64,000 nt of DNA from Candidatus Thorarchaeota archaeon (lineage in GTDB: Archaea > Asgardarchaeota > Thorarchaeia > Thorarchaeales > Thorarchaeaceae): the NCBI GenBank assembly GCA_019057475.1, contig DXJO01000022.1, forward strand, positions 22,465-86,464, in the 5' to 3' direction. How positions within the stretch are numbered: the stretch's first letter is position 1; each line of letters starts with the position of its first letter. Shown here piece after piece: positions 37,350 to 47,507 of the stretch. The position numbers and the translations under genes were made by a program. The notes under the pieces were generated by a model. That model did no database searches. It was not told where the DNA came from and worked only from the letters and a program-made list of their open reading frames with translations.

Positions 37350-38942
37350 TCATGCAGGTTTCGGCCGGGCGTCGAAGATCTCCATGAACTTCATGCCTCC
37401 TGCCTTGTCAAGAAGCTCCTCGAAGGCAATGATGACCACGTTCGGAGTGATTTCTGTGCTCTTCTTCGTGATGGAGGCGACCTCATGAATCAATGAGGTG
37501 TGGTCTGAATTGACGGCAGCCTTTGGAGCTACATAGAGATTCAGCACGTCCATGCTGTACGGATCATTCATGTCTTCCTTTGCTACCTCTATCTGGAGCT
37601 CCTCAATGCCAGCAAGTGTGAGAAGATCGGTGCGCAAAGCAGTGAGATTTACTGCCGCGCCCTTGACCTTCTTCTCGCTTATGCCCATGATTTGGATCTG
37701 CGCCTCTGCGTCGTTCGTCCGTCCGATGTCCCAGAAGAAAGGCCCGTCCATCCCGCATACCGGACACTTCCCTCGTTCCTGCCGAGATGCAACATCGCCT
37801 AGCAGGAATCCCTCCACTATCGTGCCAGTTCCGTCAAGGTGGAAAAGAGTCACGTTTCCGGGTTCATCCTCGCCCACAAACTCGTATGACCCATCATCGT
37901 TGAGCTTAACAAGCTCCTAGGCCATGAGAAGAGGACTAACGTTATGATATGGACCATCATAGTCGCACTGAACAGCAAATGATGTCTTGCTCTCTGAGGA
38001 AGCATAGCCACCGATGATTCGAACCTCCTTAGCTCCCTTCTCTGTCAGCGTCTGAACTACATCTTCAGCAACACGAGGGTAGATTTTCTCTCCGGCTAGG
38101 AGAACCACAACCTTCTCCTGTGCCTTGTAGTCTGAATCAGCCATCTCGCGGAAGAACCTGTTTCTCATGTAACTGGGCATGCCAGCGAAACCATTAGCCT
38201 TGAAGGCTCCAGCGATATCAACAAGCTTGTTCGTTGGAATTGCCCCGCCGCCACTAGTGGCAATGTAGAATTTTGACATCTGCCTGAGACCTAGATTCAC
38301 AGCGTGCCATCCTAGGTGAGGAGCGTACGGAAACAGGTTCATGCTGACCATCTCCCAACCTTCATGAGCCCACGCATCAACAGCCATTTGACCAACTTTT
38401 ACGCAGTTCTTGAAGAGCAAGTCGTTATCATGTCTAGTGAGAAAGACAGGGGAAGGAAGACCTGATGCTCTACCTGAGCTCAACCAGAATTGAAGAGGAG
38501 CATACAGGTACGTCAATCGTTTCTTGAGCCGCTCCATTGCCTTTGCGCCTCCTAAGTGCAGCTTGACGCGTGCGCCGTTATTGCGGAGGAAACTATACAA
38601 ATCATTGTAACCGGCTGCCTTGGAGAAGCTCATGAGGTTCTTGATGACATCTGCAGGATCGCGATCCTCTCCGTCAACCTGTGAAGGATTTAGTACAAAA
38701 CTCGCAAGGTTATCTTTGTAGTCTATCTTGCGGACAAGGGGTATCTGATACTTTGCCCAATCTTCAATGCAAGTTATGTTGAATGGGTCTATGTTGTTCT
38801 CCTTGAACAAGCGCCGATAGTATGGATGATTAGGCCAGACTTGATATCTGATGAAAGCCCTAAACTTCTTGTCCTGCATTTCTTTGATTTCACGATGATT
38901 AGTCCGCTTGAGTTCCTGAAAAGTAAAAGTAGTCTTGGTCAT
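37350..38942 (-). pseudogene. Phenylacetate-CoA-ligase-like (ANL) enzyme interrupted by one in-frame TAG at 37917-37919 (pseudogene, sequencing error or recoded)
   Basis: ORFs 37917-38942 and 37350-37877 share a frame; read-through gives ...LLMA*ELVKLNDDGSYEFVGEDEPG...LLGD. SSGRASG, LAGE, YASSE and GD motifs. Confidence 0.8.
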
Positions 38943-39119
38943 CAGACAGCCTCCTGCTGCATCTCTCTCAAGACCGGTTTAGACCAAATCGCAAATGATA
39001 AACATTCCGAGCCACATTCGAAGAGGTGTCAAACGTGTTAGGCTCTGAAGTAGAAACTCATAATAGTGTACTCTAATACTCCATTCAACGGGAATCGCAT
39101 AGTAAGGAGATTTACAGCG

Positions 39120-39551
39120 TTGTCCGAAACTGACGAAAAACTTCAGAAAGGAATCATCGAACTAGACAAAGGCAACGACAAGAAGGCCTTCAGCCTCTTC
39201 AAAGAGGTGTTCGAGAATAGGCAAAACAGGCTCATAAGAAAAGTCCAGGAGAATCCGAAATCTCCAACGCTCATGCTGGATGCAATGTATATGGTCCATG
39301 GATTAGTTTGGCTCAGAGTGGCTGAGGCAGGCAAGGACAAGAAAAATAGTGTAGAGCTCCTGGCCAAAGCGGTTGGTACAGTTGAGGCCGCAAGAACTGC
39401 ACTCGGACCGCTCGTGACTGGTCTGGCTCAATGGGCGGGAGAAAAAAGAATTACCGCTGTAAAAAATAAAGCACTTGGTCTCCTTGCGGCCACGAAGGAT
39501 CTTGAGGACATGGCAAAGAAAGCCCTCGAAACACAAGTCAAGATGGGGTAG
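39120..39551 (+). CDS. Hypothetical all-helical (TPR-like) protein
   Basis: TTG start after AAGGAG; helical amphipathic pattern. Confidence 0.75.
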   Translation: MSETDEKLQKGIIELDKGNDKKAFSLFKEVFENRQNRLIRKVQENPKSPTLMLDAMYMVHGLVWLRVAEAGKDKKNSVELLAKAVGTVEAARTALGPLVTGLAQWAGEKRITAVKNKALGLLAATKDLEDMAKKALETQVKMG

Positions 39552-39578
39552 TCGAGGATCCGCAGGTCCCACCAAATC

Positions 39579-39923
39579 CTACGATTCACGGTCTTTCATG
39601 TATTGAATCCATTCTTCCGCAGGAAAACGCTCCTTCATGATTTCAAGTTCTGACAGAACAGAGGACTCAAGGTCAACGTCGAAATGGTTCACTAGCTGCA
39701 TAAACAGATTGAAGACCTGAGCGAACTCTCTGGGGAGATCGTCCTTATTTGGCGCATCATGACCGAGCCCTATCGCCTTGTAGCCCTCTTCAACGGTTAT
39801 GTGGCGAGATATCTCTCCTAACTCTTCAACAAGATGTGTGAATACTTGAGAGGCTGGAAACTTGTCCCATCCGCGCTCGCGTTCGAATTCCGCGATTACC
39901 TTCTGAATTTGACTCAGGTCCAT
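39579..39923 (-). CDS. MazG-like nucleotide pyrophosphohydrolase
   Basis: ERGW, HLVEELGEI and EFAQV motifs. Confidence 0.88.
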   Translation of the reverse strand: MDLSQIQKVIAEFERERGWDKFPASQVFTHLVEELGEISRHITVEEGYKAIGLGHDAPNKDDLPREFAQVFNLFMQLVNHFDVDLESSVLSELEIMKERFPAEEWIQYMKDRES

Positions 39924-40622
39924 CTACATCATCCTCTTGGTTATCTGCATGACTTGCGCTCTTGCTTGATCAAGCGCGGAATCAGGCGGGTTTGCCAGAG
40001 GCCCAAGTCCAGTCGCTTCTGGAAGCGCTTCTCCACCCAAGAACATGGCCTCGCTCACAGCATTCATCATCTCTGCGGGAGGCAATACTGCACAAGATAG
40101 CTTCACGCCCGGTTTGACATCCGGAAGGTTGGTCACTATGTGCCAAATACGAGAGCCGTCTGTGCATCTGCAGGAGAGTAGGTTCTTGGAATTCTCTACA
40201 GGATTTGCCTGACTGACCTCCACTGCGAGGATATCAATGGCATATGCAGGATCCTCGTTATACTCAGCTAGCCTTGTCGGGATACCCTTCACAATGCGAA
40301 GCGCGTAGTCAACCTCGGATAGCATGAGGTGCTCCTTTCCAGTTTTAGGTTTGAAGCCGGCTGACTCAACCGCGGCATTATAGATATCCGCGAAACCATC
40401 GATGGCAGCAACCAAGTTATTGGTAGCCTCAAGGACAGCCAATGCAGAGGCATCAATGTAGGAGTACTTGACCTCGTAGAAAAGACTTCCAGCAATCTTC
40501 AGCGCTTCAACGAGTTTGCCGTACTCCACGTGAACCTTGAGCCTTCTGCCACTTACTACGTCGTTTAGGCGCCTGAGTGCATCTTCAAGCACTAGTACCC
40601 TTGCATCCTTCGCAGTGTCCAT
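39924..40622 (-). CDS. Archaeal tRNA-binding protein with C-terminal EMAP/OB domain (COG2517-like)
   Basis: MDTAKD.R, VKYSY, IVTN, LPP and SEAMF motifs. Confidence 0.85.
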   Translation of the reverse strand: MDTAKDARVLVLEDALRRLNDVVSGRRLKVHVEYGKLVEALKIAGSLFYEVKYSYIDASALAVLEATNNLVAAIDGFADIYNAAVESAGFKPKTGKEHLMLSEVDYALRIVKGIPTRLAEYNEDPAYAIDILAVEVSQANPVENSKNLLSCRCTDGSRIWHIVTNLPDVKPGVKLSCAVLPPAEMMNAVSEAMFLGGEALPEATGLGPLANPPDSALDQARAQVMQITKRMM

Positions 40623-40753
40623 TGGCTACACCGTGCTGAAGAGTGGCTAGAGTCCTGATAAAAACATCTCCCAATGGGCGAGTAGGCCACGAGAAGTGAT
40701 ATATAGCAATGCGGGGTATCGGTTCAAGAGTTCCCTGCTGTGAGAGAAGTATA

Positions 40754-41365
40754 TTGATTCAAGCCATCTACATCCTGGTAGCAGATAGCGGTCTTTGCGT
40801 ACTTGACAGGAAGTATGGAAAGGCGGAAATGGACCCGAACCTAATCAGTGGTTTTCTAACAGCGCTCATTCAGTTTGGTCGTGAACTAAGTTCAGGTAAC
40901 CGTGTACACGTCATCGATTTCGGCGCCTTTGATATCTGTCTCTCATTGAGGAACAACGTGATTGTCGCAGCTACAATCGACAAGACTGATGACACAAACG
41001 CGGCGATGGCAATCCTTAGTGATGTCAATAACGCATTTGTAAAGGAGTACCGTGATACTCTGGAAGATTGGGATGGTAACCTAGAGCCCTTTGAGAAATT
41101 CAATAAGACCATCGATGAGATAACGAAGGACGGAAAAGCCTCAGAGAAGAGAGTTATTGTGCCGGTGATCAAGGGAAAGGTTTCCCCCATGCTAGTCCGT
41201 CTTGGTCAGATGAAACAATCCACCTTTGACGTTGCGCAGAAATGCAAGGGCAATCTGACTACACGAGCGATAGCTGATCAACTAGGAATAAAGCTGAAGG
41301 ATGTCCAAAAAGCTATGCAAGAGCTTGAGGATGCGAGAATCCTCGAATGGAAAGAGATCGGCTAG
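40754..41365 (+). CDS. Longin-like domain + winged-helix protein
   Basis: IYIL..SGLCV, DPNLISGFLTALIQF and F..EY...L..WDG....F..F longin-type pattern; C-terminal HTH. TTG start reassigned. Confidence 0.82.
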   Translation: MIQAIYILVADSGLCVLDRKYGKAEMDPNLISGFLTALIQFGRELSSGNRVHVIDFGAFDICLSLRNNVIVAATIDKTDDTNAAMAILSDVNNAFVKEYRDTLEDWDGNLEPFEKFNKTIDEITKDGKASEKRVIVPVIKGKVSPMLVRLGQMKQSTFDVAQKCKGNLTTRAIADQLGIKLKDVQKAMQELEDARILEWKEIG

Positions 41366-41459
41366 CGGAACTCAGCATTCATTCTCAATACCCACCATAC
41401 AAGAGCCAGTGTGCAGACGATTGACTTGAGATGAGCCATCTGGAGAGGCTATTGCACAG

Positions 41460-42170
41460 CTACTGCGTATGGCCCCATTCACTACCTGTAACAATCAGTA
41501 TGAGGCCAATCACAATGAGTCCTGGAGCAAGAACTCCAATGACAGTGTAGCCGAGAATCCCTGCGGCATCAGCAATGAAACGCACAGTATGGAGCACCCG
41601 CCCAGTGAACAACACGAAGAAACCCAGACCCAGCAGGAAGTTTGAGCGTCTCAGAAGTCCCCCGGACTGATATGCTAGATACCAAAAGAGCAGAGGGATA
41701 AAGAGAGCGTAAATCACTCCACCTAGTCCCGCAATCATATTCATATCCGAGTATGGAAAGATGATTAGGCCAAGTCCAATCAGGACTGCAGGAATTGCGA
41801 AGGCTATTTCAGCTTCTCTTTTCCCAAATATCATGAAGCCAGCAGTGGCGGCCAGTGTAGCCAATGCCATCCATTGCATGAAGCCGCCTGCTTTCAGCCA
41901 AACGTCAAGCGTGCCAGCTAGATACGGAGTAAAGCCGCTGTTCGTTCCAATCAAGGAATTTGGATCTGCATAGAAGTCGCCTACAAAATAGAAGACTCTG
42001 CCAATAGCAAGAAAGAGAAAGAACAAAGCAGTAGCGAACTGGAATGGATTCTTGCTCTTCCTCCACCTGAAGAAGAGCAGGTGAATGAATATGTAGAAGT
42101 ATAACCCTACGACCAGGAAGAATAAACCGATATGGACCTCACGGATCACCGTGTCAACAGTTTGCATCAT
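41460..42170 (-). CDS. 7-TM membrane protein without output domain
   Basis: Seven hydrophobic segments in 236 aa. Confidence 0.8.
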   Translation of the reverse strand: MMQTVDTVIREVHIGLFFLVVGLYFYIFIHLLFFRWRKSKNPFQFATALFFLFLAIGRVFYFVGDFYADPNSLIGTNSGFTPYLAGTLDVWLKAGGFMQWMALATLAATAGFMIFGKREAEIAFAIPAVLIGLGLIIFPYSDMNMIAGLGGVIYALFIPLLFWYLAYQSGGLLRRSNFLLGLGFFVLFTGRVLHTVRFIADAAGILGYTVIGVLAPGLIVIGLILIVTGSEWGHTQ

Positions 42171-42311
42171 TTGCCTTTCTCCGTTTGATAAGCATGTTGC
42201 TGAGCTGAAACTACAATGCTAGCAAATAAACATATTCTGGGCAGTTGAAAGGGACTAATACAGCGAAGTAAGCTCTTTATGATGTGGGATTGAACACATC
42301 ATGGTGTTCTC

Positions 42312-42722
42312 TTGAGCTCTCAACGTACGTGGAAACTGAAATTCCAAGACGGTACAGTGCAGGAGTTCATCGATATTCGCAGAAAGGTTGGCAATCAGAT
42401 AGTTCGGGCATATCTTCTGGAGCCTGTACTAAAGAGCCAGAGCATCACGAGAGCTGAGATAAGCCTTCGAGGCCCCAAAGACGAATGGAAGGACTTTGCA
42501 AAATTCTTGGTTTTGAGAGTGACTGAAGGGGAGAACGAATTCGGTATTTTAGCTGAAACTGGAGTCTACGAGAACCTGCGTATTGTGGGAACCGACAGTG
42601 AGGAGATTGCTCAAAAATCCCCCAGTGAAATCACCCAAACTTTCACAGAAGCACTGAAAGATCCCCAAGGATGCAGTGCTGTCATCGTCTTGAGTACCGA
42701 CTCAAAGGTTAAATCAGGGTAG
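42312..42722 (+). CDS. Hypothetical protein
   Basis: 136-aa ORF with a globular composition; TTG start. Confidence 0.7.
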   Translation: MSSQRTWKLKFQDGTVQEFIDIRRKVGNQIVRAYLLEPVLKSQSITRAEISLRGPKDEWKDFAKFLVLRVTEGENEFGILAETGVYENLRIVGTDSEEIAQKSPSEITQTFTEALKDPQGCSAVIVLSTDSKVKSG

Positions 42723-42762
42723 GATGGGTTATCCGTAATCAGCATCTAGGGAGGAGTTCGAA

Positions 42763-42951
42763 GTTCAGAGAATCGCTATATGCCCGGTTTGCTCGGAAAA
42801 GACACCTCTAGATATCGACTACAGTGTGGTCAAGAAAGCCAAAAGATTTCCAGTCACAGTCAGAGTAGAACACGAAGATCATTACTTCTATGTGAATCTG
42901 GATAGCTTCGGGTCAGTTACTGACATACTTCACCCAGAACTGGTGGAGTAG
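42763..42951 (+). CDS. Small CPxC...HxxH zinc-binding protein missing from the ORF track (no canonical start)
   Basis: Frame reads VQRIAICPVCSEKTPLDIDYSVVKKAKRFPVTVRVEHEDHYFYVNLDSFGSVTDILHPELVE*, preceded by GGGAGGAG. Confidence 0.65.
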   Translation, partial: VQRIAICPVCSEKTPLDIDYSVVKKAKRFPVTVRVEHEDHYFYVNLDSFGSVTDILHPELVE

Positions 42952-42960
42952 TTCATCCTA

Positions 42961-43713
42961 TCACAGGCCATAAAACTTCTTGGCACTTCGTGTTGTTGCA
43001 GTGGCTACCTCTTCCACGGGTTGATCAAGCAACTTGGATAAGGATCTGCAACCATACGTGAGATTCGCAGGCTCATTGCGCCCTTCAACTGGTGATAAGT
43101 ATGGGCCGTCAGTTTCTAGCATAATTCGCTCCAAGGGTAAAACTCTCGCGGCGTGCGTGCGATTCCGGTATTTCCTGAAGTTGGCGGGTAGAGTAATATG
43201 CCAACCATTATCACGGACCCGTTCAGCTACATCAGCATCGCCATCGAAGCAGTGCATGAGGACATCGCCTGAGAAATGGCGCTCCAAGAAGTCCACTGCC
43301 TCAGCATCAGCTTTCCGGGAGTGAATAACGAGGGGTTTCTTGAGCTCTGCAGCGAGGTCTATGAACATGCGAAAGAGCGGTTCCTGTGCTTTCCTCTGAG
43401 AGGGGGCCTTAACCCAGTGATAATCAAGTCCAACTTCTCCTACCGCCACAATGTCATCTGCGTATTTTCTTGTCAAGGATATGATCGTATCAGCATCAGA
43501 TTTCGTGAGCCTTGACACTTGACAGCCTGCTGAATGATGCACGAATCCTTCATGCTTCTTCATAATGCCTAGAGTTCGTCGAAAAGAGCCGGGATTTATC
43601 GAGCTTGTCACCATTCCTACTAGACCGGCATCTTTTGCACGCTGAAGGACTCTCTCGCGGTCATTCTGAAAATGCTTCATGTCGATATGAGTGTGCGCGT
43701 CGAAAAGCTGCAA
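42961..43713 (-). CDS. tatD: TatD-family nuclease
   Basis: DAHTH, AVGEVGLDY, IHSR, MHCF and LETDGPY motifs. Confidence 0.93.
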   Translation of the reverse strand: MQLFDAHTHIDMKHFQNDRERVLQRAKDAGLVGMVTSSINPGSFRRTLGIMKKHEGFVHHSAGCQVSRLTKSDADTIISLTRKYADDIVAVGEVGLDYHWVKAPSQRKAQEPLFRMFIDLAAELKKPLVIHSRKADAEAVDFLERHFSGDVLMHCFDGDADVAERVRDNGWHITLPANFRKYRNRTHAARVLPLERIMLETDGPYLSPVEGRNEPANLTYGCRSLSKLLDQPVEEVATATTRSAKKFYGL

Positions 43714-43804
43714 CTTGAAGACACCTACCTTGATTGCCAAGAAGCACACAATCGACTTTAATTGTTAGTGCACAAGTCCAATTTCATTACCGGGAGATGC
43801 ACGA

Positions 43805-44704
43805 ATGTCAGATCCAAATGAGCGAATACGCGACCAGATGATGACGATACATTCATTGAACCAGAAGATAGACGTATTGCATGCCCAACTGGGAGGGGGC
43901 CAAAAAAGAGCACACCAGCTTGAAGAGCAGATCGCTCAACTGGAACAAACGATCACTCAGAAAGATGCGGAGATTCAAGCTCTTAATTCTGATGTCCAAC
44001 GATACAGCGGAGCTCTTGACTCAATGAGGCATGAGGTACAAGGACAGAGAGCAGAACAAACGAAGCCACATGCAATGGCAGTCCCAGTGCAAGATGATCA
44101 GAAACTCGGTGAGCAACTTGCTGCCGCCCAGCAAATAATCCAGAAACAGAAGGAGAACCTGATGGCTCTCTCGCAGGTTGCTACCGCAGTTCTGAATTCC
44201 GAAGATAATGCCCTAGAGGATCTCCAAAGAGTGCTACTTGAGGCAGGAGATCAAAGATTCAGAGTGCTGAACCTCGTTTTAACCAAACGTTCTGTTAGAA
44301 TCGAAGAAATCGCCTCAATTCTGGTGGTGGATGTACCCAAGGCTATGGAAATGGCAGACACCCTGCAAGCCGCTGGGGAGGTCGAGATAAGAGATGGAAG
44401 CACGATCATTCCAGCTAGGAAGTATCGTGAAGTGAAGGTTTCAGTTGAGGAATGGAAAAACTTGGACCCATTGGCAATCTTTGATTCGTTAGAAGGCATT
44501 ATTGGAAGAACGGAGGACGGCGAGCGCATTGTCAGCGCAATAGAAGCGGCTGTTGATATCCTTGAACAGAAAATGACTCGAGGAGGCACCTTGGTATTCG
44601 AAATGCGCCGAACAGCAAACTCATGGAAGAAAAAAGAGGGGGACGTACAGGAGTTGCAATACAAGATCAGAGAGTGGAAAGCTAGAGCTCAATCACTTAG
44701 TTAG
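43805..44704 (+). CDS. Coiled-coil + winged-helix protein
   Basis: Long N-terminal heptads, then VRIEEIASIL...DTLQAAGEVEI, then a helical C-terminal domain. Confidence 0.8.
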   Translation: MSDPNERIRDQMMTIHSLNQKIDVLHAQLGGGQKRAHQLEEQIAQLEQTITQKDAEIQALNSDVQRYSGALDSMRHEVQGQRAEQTKPHAMAVPVQDDQKLGEQLAAAQQIIQKQKENLMALSQVATAVLNSEDNALEDLQRVLLEAGDQRFRVLNLVLTKRSVRIEEIASILVVDVPKAMEMADTLQAAGEVEIRDGSTIIPARKYREVKVSVEEWKNLDPLAIFDSLEGIIGRTEDGERIVSAIEAAVDILEQKMTRGGTLVFEMRRTANSWKKKEGDVQELQYKIREWKARAQSLS

Positions 44705-45099
44705 TCGGAGTTGTCGCTGCCATTCTTTGTGGCTTCACGAACATATTGGCTGAAATCAGTCATTTCTCCGCCTCTCTGGATTCTAATCCGTGGGCCTTCG
44801 CCCTTTAACTGACGAACAATGTACCTGAGGTCTAGCTGACTGAGAACTTGACGGAAACCTCGATTAATTATAAGATTGAGAATAATTTCTTCGACACGTC
44901 CAGCTATTGCTGGCTCACTCCTCTTCAAGATCTCAAGGTGCTGAGCCGCGTCAGGTGCAAGAAATCTCGCGAGTAGATTTGAACGTTCGGCTTTGACTTT
45001 CGCTCTTTGTTCATTGGAAGCTTTGGTAGCCTTCTCCCGCTTAATGAGCGCAGCCATTTTCTTCCGTCGAATCATAGCCAGCTCAGTTTCATCATCCAT
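44701..45099 (-). CDS. PDCD5/TFAR19-like DNA-binding protein
   Basis: ELAMIRRKKM, FLAPDAAQHL, P.IA.RVE and RIQR motifs. Confidence 0.78.
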   Translation of the reverse strand: MDDETELAMIRRKKMAALIKREKATKASNEQRAKVKAERSNLLARFLAPDAAQHLEILKRSEPAIAGRVEEIILNLIINRGFRQVLSQLDLRYIVRQLKGEGPRIRIQRGGEMTDFSQYVREATKNGSDNSD

Positions 45100-45234
45100 T
45101 GGGCTGGAACCTCTACTCACTGCGAATAATTAATCCAGTTAAGGGTGTCGATAGACCGAGAATGGTTTTTTATGTCTAGGGCGGATATTACTATTGAAAG
45201 AATGGAGTGATAGGTCAAACAGGGTGGACTATGA

Positions 45235-46173
45235 TTGGAAGTTTCAGACAAGTGTAAATGGCTTGATACCATGACCAAGGGATACGGCTGCAAACTGAGG
45301 AATCGGATTCTTGCGGTAACTGAAGCTACTGCCAAGTGCCTGAAGCCCGAACTGGCAGATATCTGCATAAATGCATACAGTTCTCTAACGCGCGCTCAAG
45401 AGTCAATCGACGCCAACAGTACGGACGCATTTCCGTGGCTAATTGGCTCCGCAAGTCAATTCGAGAATCTTGGTGAATTCGACAACGCAATAGGCGCGTA
45501 TGTAAAAGCAATCAACTTCGCTACAAGCCTCACCCTGATTGACAGAGGCTACGAATCTTTCTGCAAAGCACGCCAAATACTCGAGGGCGGTTTGCTACGC
45601 TCGGACTCCTCACTCCAGAGTCCAGCACTCAAACAGGAGCTTGCGAAGGCAGGAGAGAATCTCATTAAGGCTGTCCGAGCGGTAATTGAAGGAACACCGG
45701 AGGCTGATTTACAAGCTGAATTGAAAGCCAGTATTTTGGGCGGAATTAGTCTCAAACGAGCCGCAAAAGAAGACGACATGAAAGATTTAGTCATTGTTGA
45801 TGGCAAAGCGCTCTACGAGAAGAAAGCAATTGAATACAAAGAAGGCGCTGACAAGTACATTCAATCTGGGATGCTGAAGAACGCTGTAGTGTTTGCTTGC
45901 ATGGCGGCGCTAGCAGACCTTATGCTTGGGAAACCCAAGGATGGTATCTCATACCTCACAACTACGGCTGCAGATTCGGGTCATAAAGATGAGTTCAATG
46001 AGAGCCCAATTTTCGGATGGACTAAACTAGTCTTCAAATCTCTTGTAGAGAAGGATGTAACTGCAATTGATGAGGCAACGACATTATTCCTCCAGATTCC
46101 GTGGGGTTTCAGAGATGACAAGGAGTTCGGTCGAAGAGTCATGGACTCTGTCCGAAGAAAGATCAGTCAGTGA
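45235..46173 (+). CDS. Helical-repeat (TPR/SNAP-like) protein with Cys-rich N-terminus
   Basis: Four N-terminal Cys residues; ASQFENLGEFDNAIGAYVKA-type repeats. Confidence 0.75.
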   Translation: MEVSDKCKWLDTMTKGYGCKLRNRILAVTEATAKCLKPELADICINAYSSLTRAQESIDANSTDAFPWLIGSASQFENLGEFDNAIGAYVKAINFATSLTLIDRGYESFCKARQILEGGLLRSDSSLQSPALKQELAKAGENLIKAVRAVIEGTPEADLQAELKASILGGISLKRAAKEDDMKDLVIVDGKALYEKKAIEYKEGADKYIQSGMLKNAVVFACMAALADLMLGKPKDGISYLTTTAADSGHKDEFNESPIFGWTKLVFKSLVEKDVTAIDEATTLFLQIPWGFRDDKEFGRRVMDSVRRKISQ

Positions 46174-47497
46174 TTCTGAATCTGGCAATGAAGAACCCGC
46201 TTGTCGCGTGTTTGTGTGGGAATAGTCTACGCACGCTCTTTGAACATTCGAAACCGGGATACCCGATTGATCCAGGAATTCCGACGTCCAGTAGCTCAAT
46301 TTTGTGTCGATTTAGCACCGAATCAATCTGTGACTCGCCTTCGTGAGGCAAAACAGAACATGTCGCATAAACAATCTCAGTCCCTGGACGATCTGAAAAC
46401 CTCTCAATGATGCCATCAAGTATCTTGTTCTGCACAGACATAATTCCAAGCAGGGTCTGCTTGTTGAGCCGCCACTTATAGTAGGGATGACTGTTGAGTG
46501 TGCCTGTTGAAGAGCATGGAGCGTCGATGAGAATTTTCCTGACGTTTCTAACAGGGCTCTTGGAGGCGTCTGCATGAAGCCATTCAACATTCGCAGATTC
46601 TAGCAGGTTCGACCGTTCCTTTGCGATGCGCAATCGATTTGCATATCTTTCAGATGCAACAACGCGACCACTTGGAACAACTTGCTCGGCGATTAGCTGA
46701 GTCTTCTGGCCAGGTGCAGCGCAGGAATCCCAGACTACATCACCCGGTTTCAAATCAAGAGCATGCACTATGAGAACGCTGGCCTTGTCATGAATGAGGA
46801 TATCGCCCTCCCGAAAGGACTTGGAAGCCACGATTTTGTCGATGTTTCGTGTCACTCTGTAGAGGCCCTGAATGTCATCATCAGGTTCGATAATCGCACC
46901 CAGCTCGCTGGCAATGGATGGCATGATCTCGTGCCCTTCTTTGAATTTGTTTGCTCGAATGTAGTAGTGCCGTCCACCATTATTTGCCTTTAGAAGTTCT
47001 AGAACATCATCTTCGGGAAGGTTGTCCAGCAATGTTTCAACCATGAAGCTGGGATGAGAATACCTCACGCTGAGCTTGCTTGCTGCGGACAATCGTTGGG
47101 TTGCGCGATCGATATCGACTTCAATAGCCTTCCTGACGACTGACACCATACGTGTATCTTCCTTGAGGTATTCGTCAGATAACGTTTCCAGTGTTGTTCC
47201 AAACCATCGGCACTCGAACACTGCAAGGCGGAGTCTGCTGCGTTCTCTTGCGTCAAGCTGGCTTGGCTTTCTCGCGCCGAGACCTCGGGCAATCAGAAAG
47301 TCAATCGTGTTCAGATGCTTGATGACTCCTGCAGCCAGGGAGTTGGTGTGGATACGGGTTTCGTCGCTGTATTCAGAGGGGGTCTCAACCTCCCGAAGAA
47401 TACTCATGATAGGACGAGCTTTCCGATGATACTCCTCAAGAGCACGCAGCGCATATACTCGTGCCCGGCTAACATTCTCGGGAGTGTCACTATCCAT
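46163..47497 (-). CDS. rsmB: RsmB/NOP2/Sun family RNA m5C methyltransferase
   Basis: NusB-like N-terminus; DSCAAPGQKT, DAPCSSTG, YATCS and SGFF motifs. Confidence 0.92.
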   Translation of the reverse strand: MDSDTPENVSRARVYALRALEEYHRKARPIMSILREVETPSEYSDETRIHTNSLAAGVIKHLNTIDFLIARGLGARKPSQLDARERSRLRLAVFECRWFGTTLETLSDEYLKEDTRMVSVVRKAIEVDIDRATQRLSAASKLSVRYSHPSFMVETLLDNLPEDDVLELLKANNGGRHYYIRANKFKEGHEIMPSIASELGAIIEPDDDIQGLYRVTRNIDKIVASKSFREGDILIHDKASVLIVHALDLKPGDVVWDSCAAPGQKTQLIAEQVVPSGRVVASERYANRLRIAKERSNLLESANVEWLHADASKSPVRNVRKILIDAPCSSTGTLNSHPYYKWRLNKQTLLGIMSVQNKILDGIIERFSDRPGTEIVYATCSVLPHEGESQIDSVLNRHKIELLDVGIPGSIGYPGFECSKSVRRLFPHKHATSGFFIARFRITD

Positions 47498-47507
47498 CTC
47501 TATGCCT

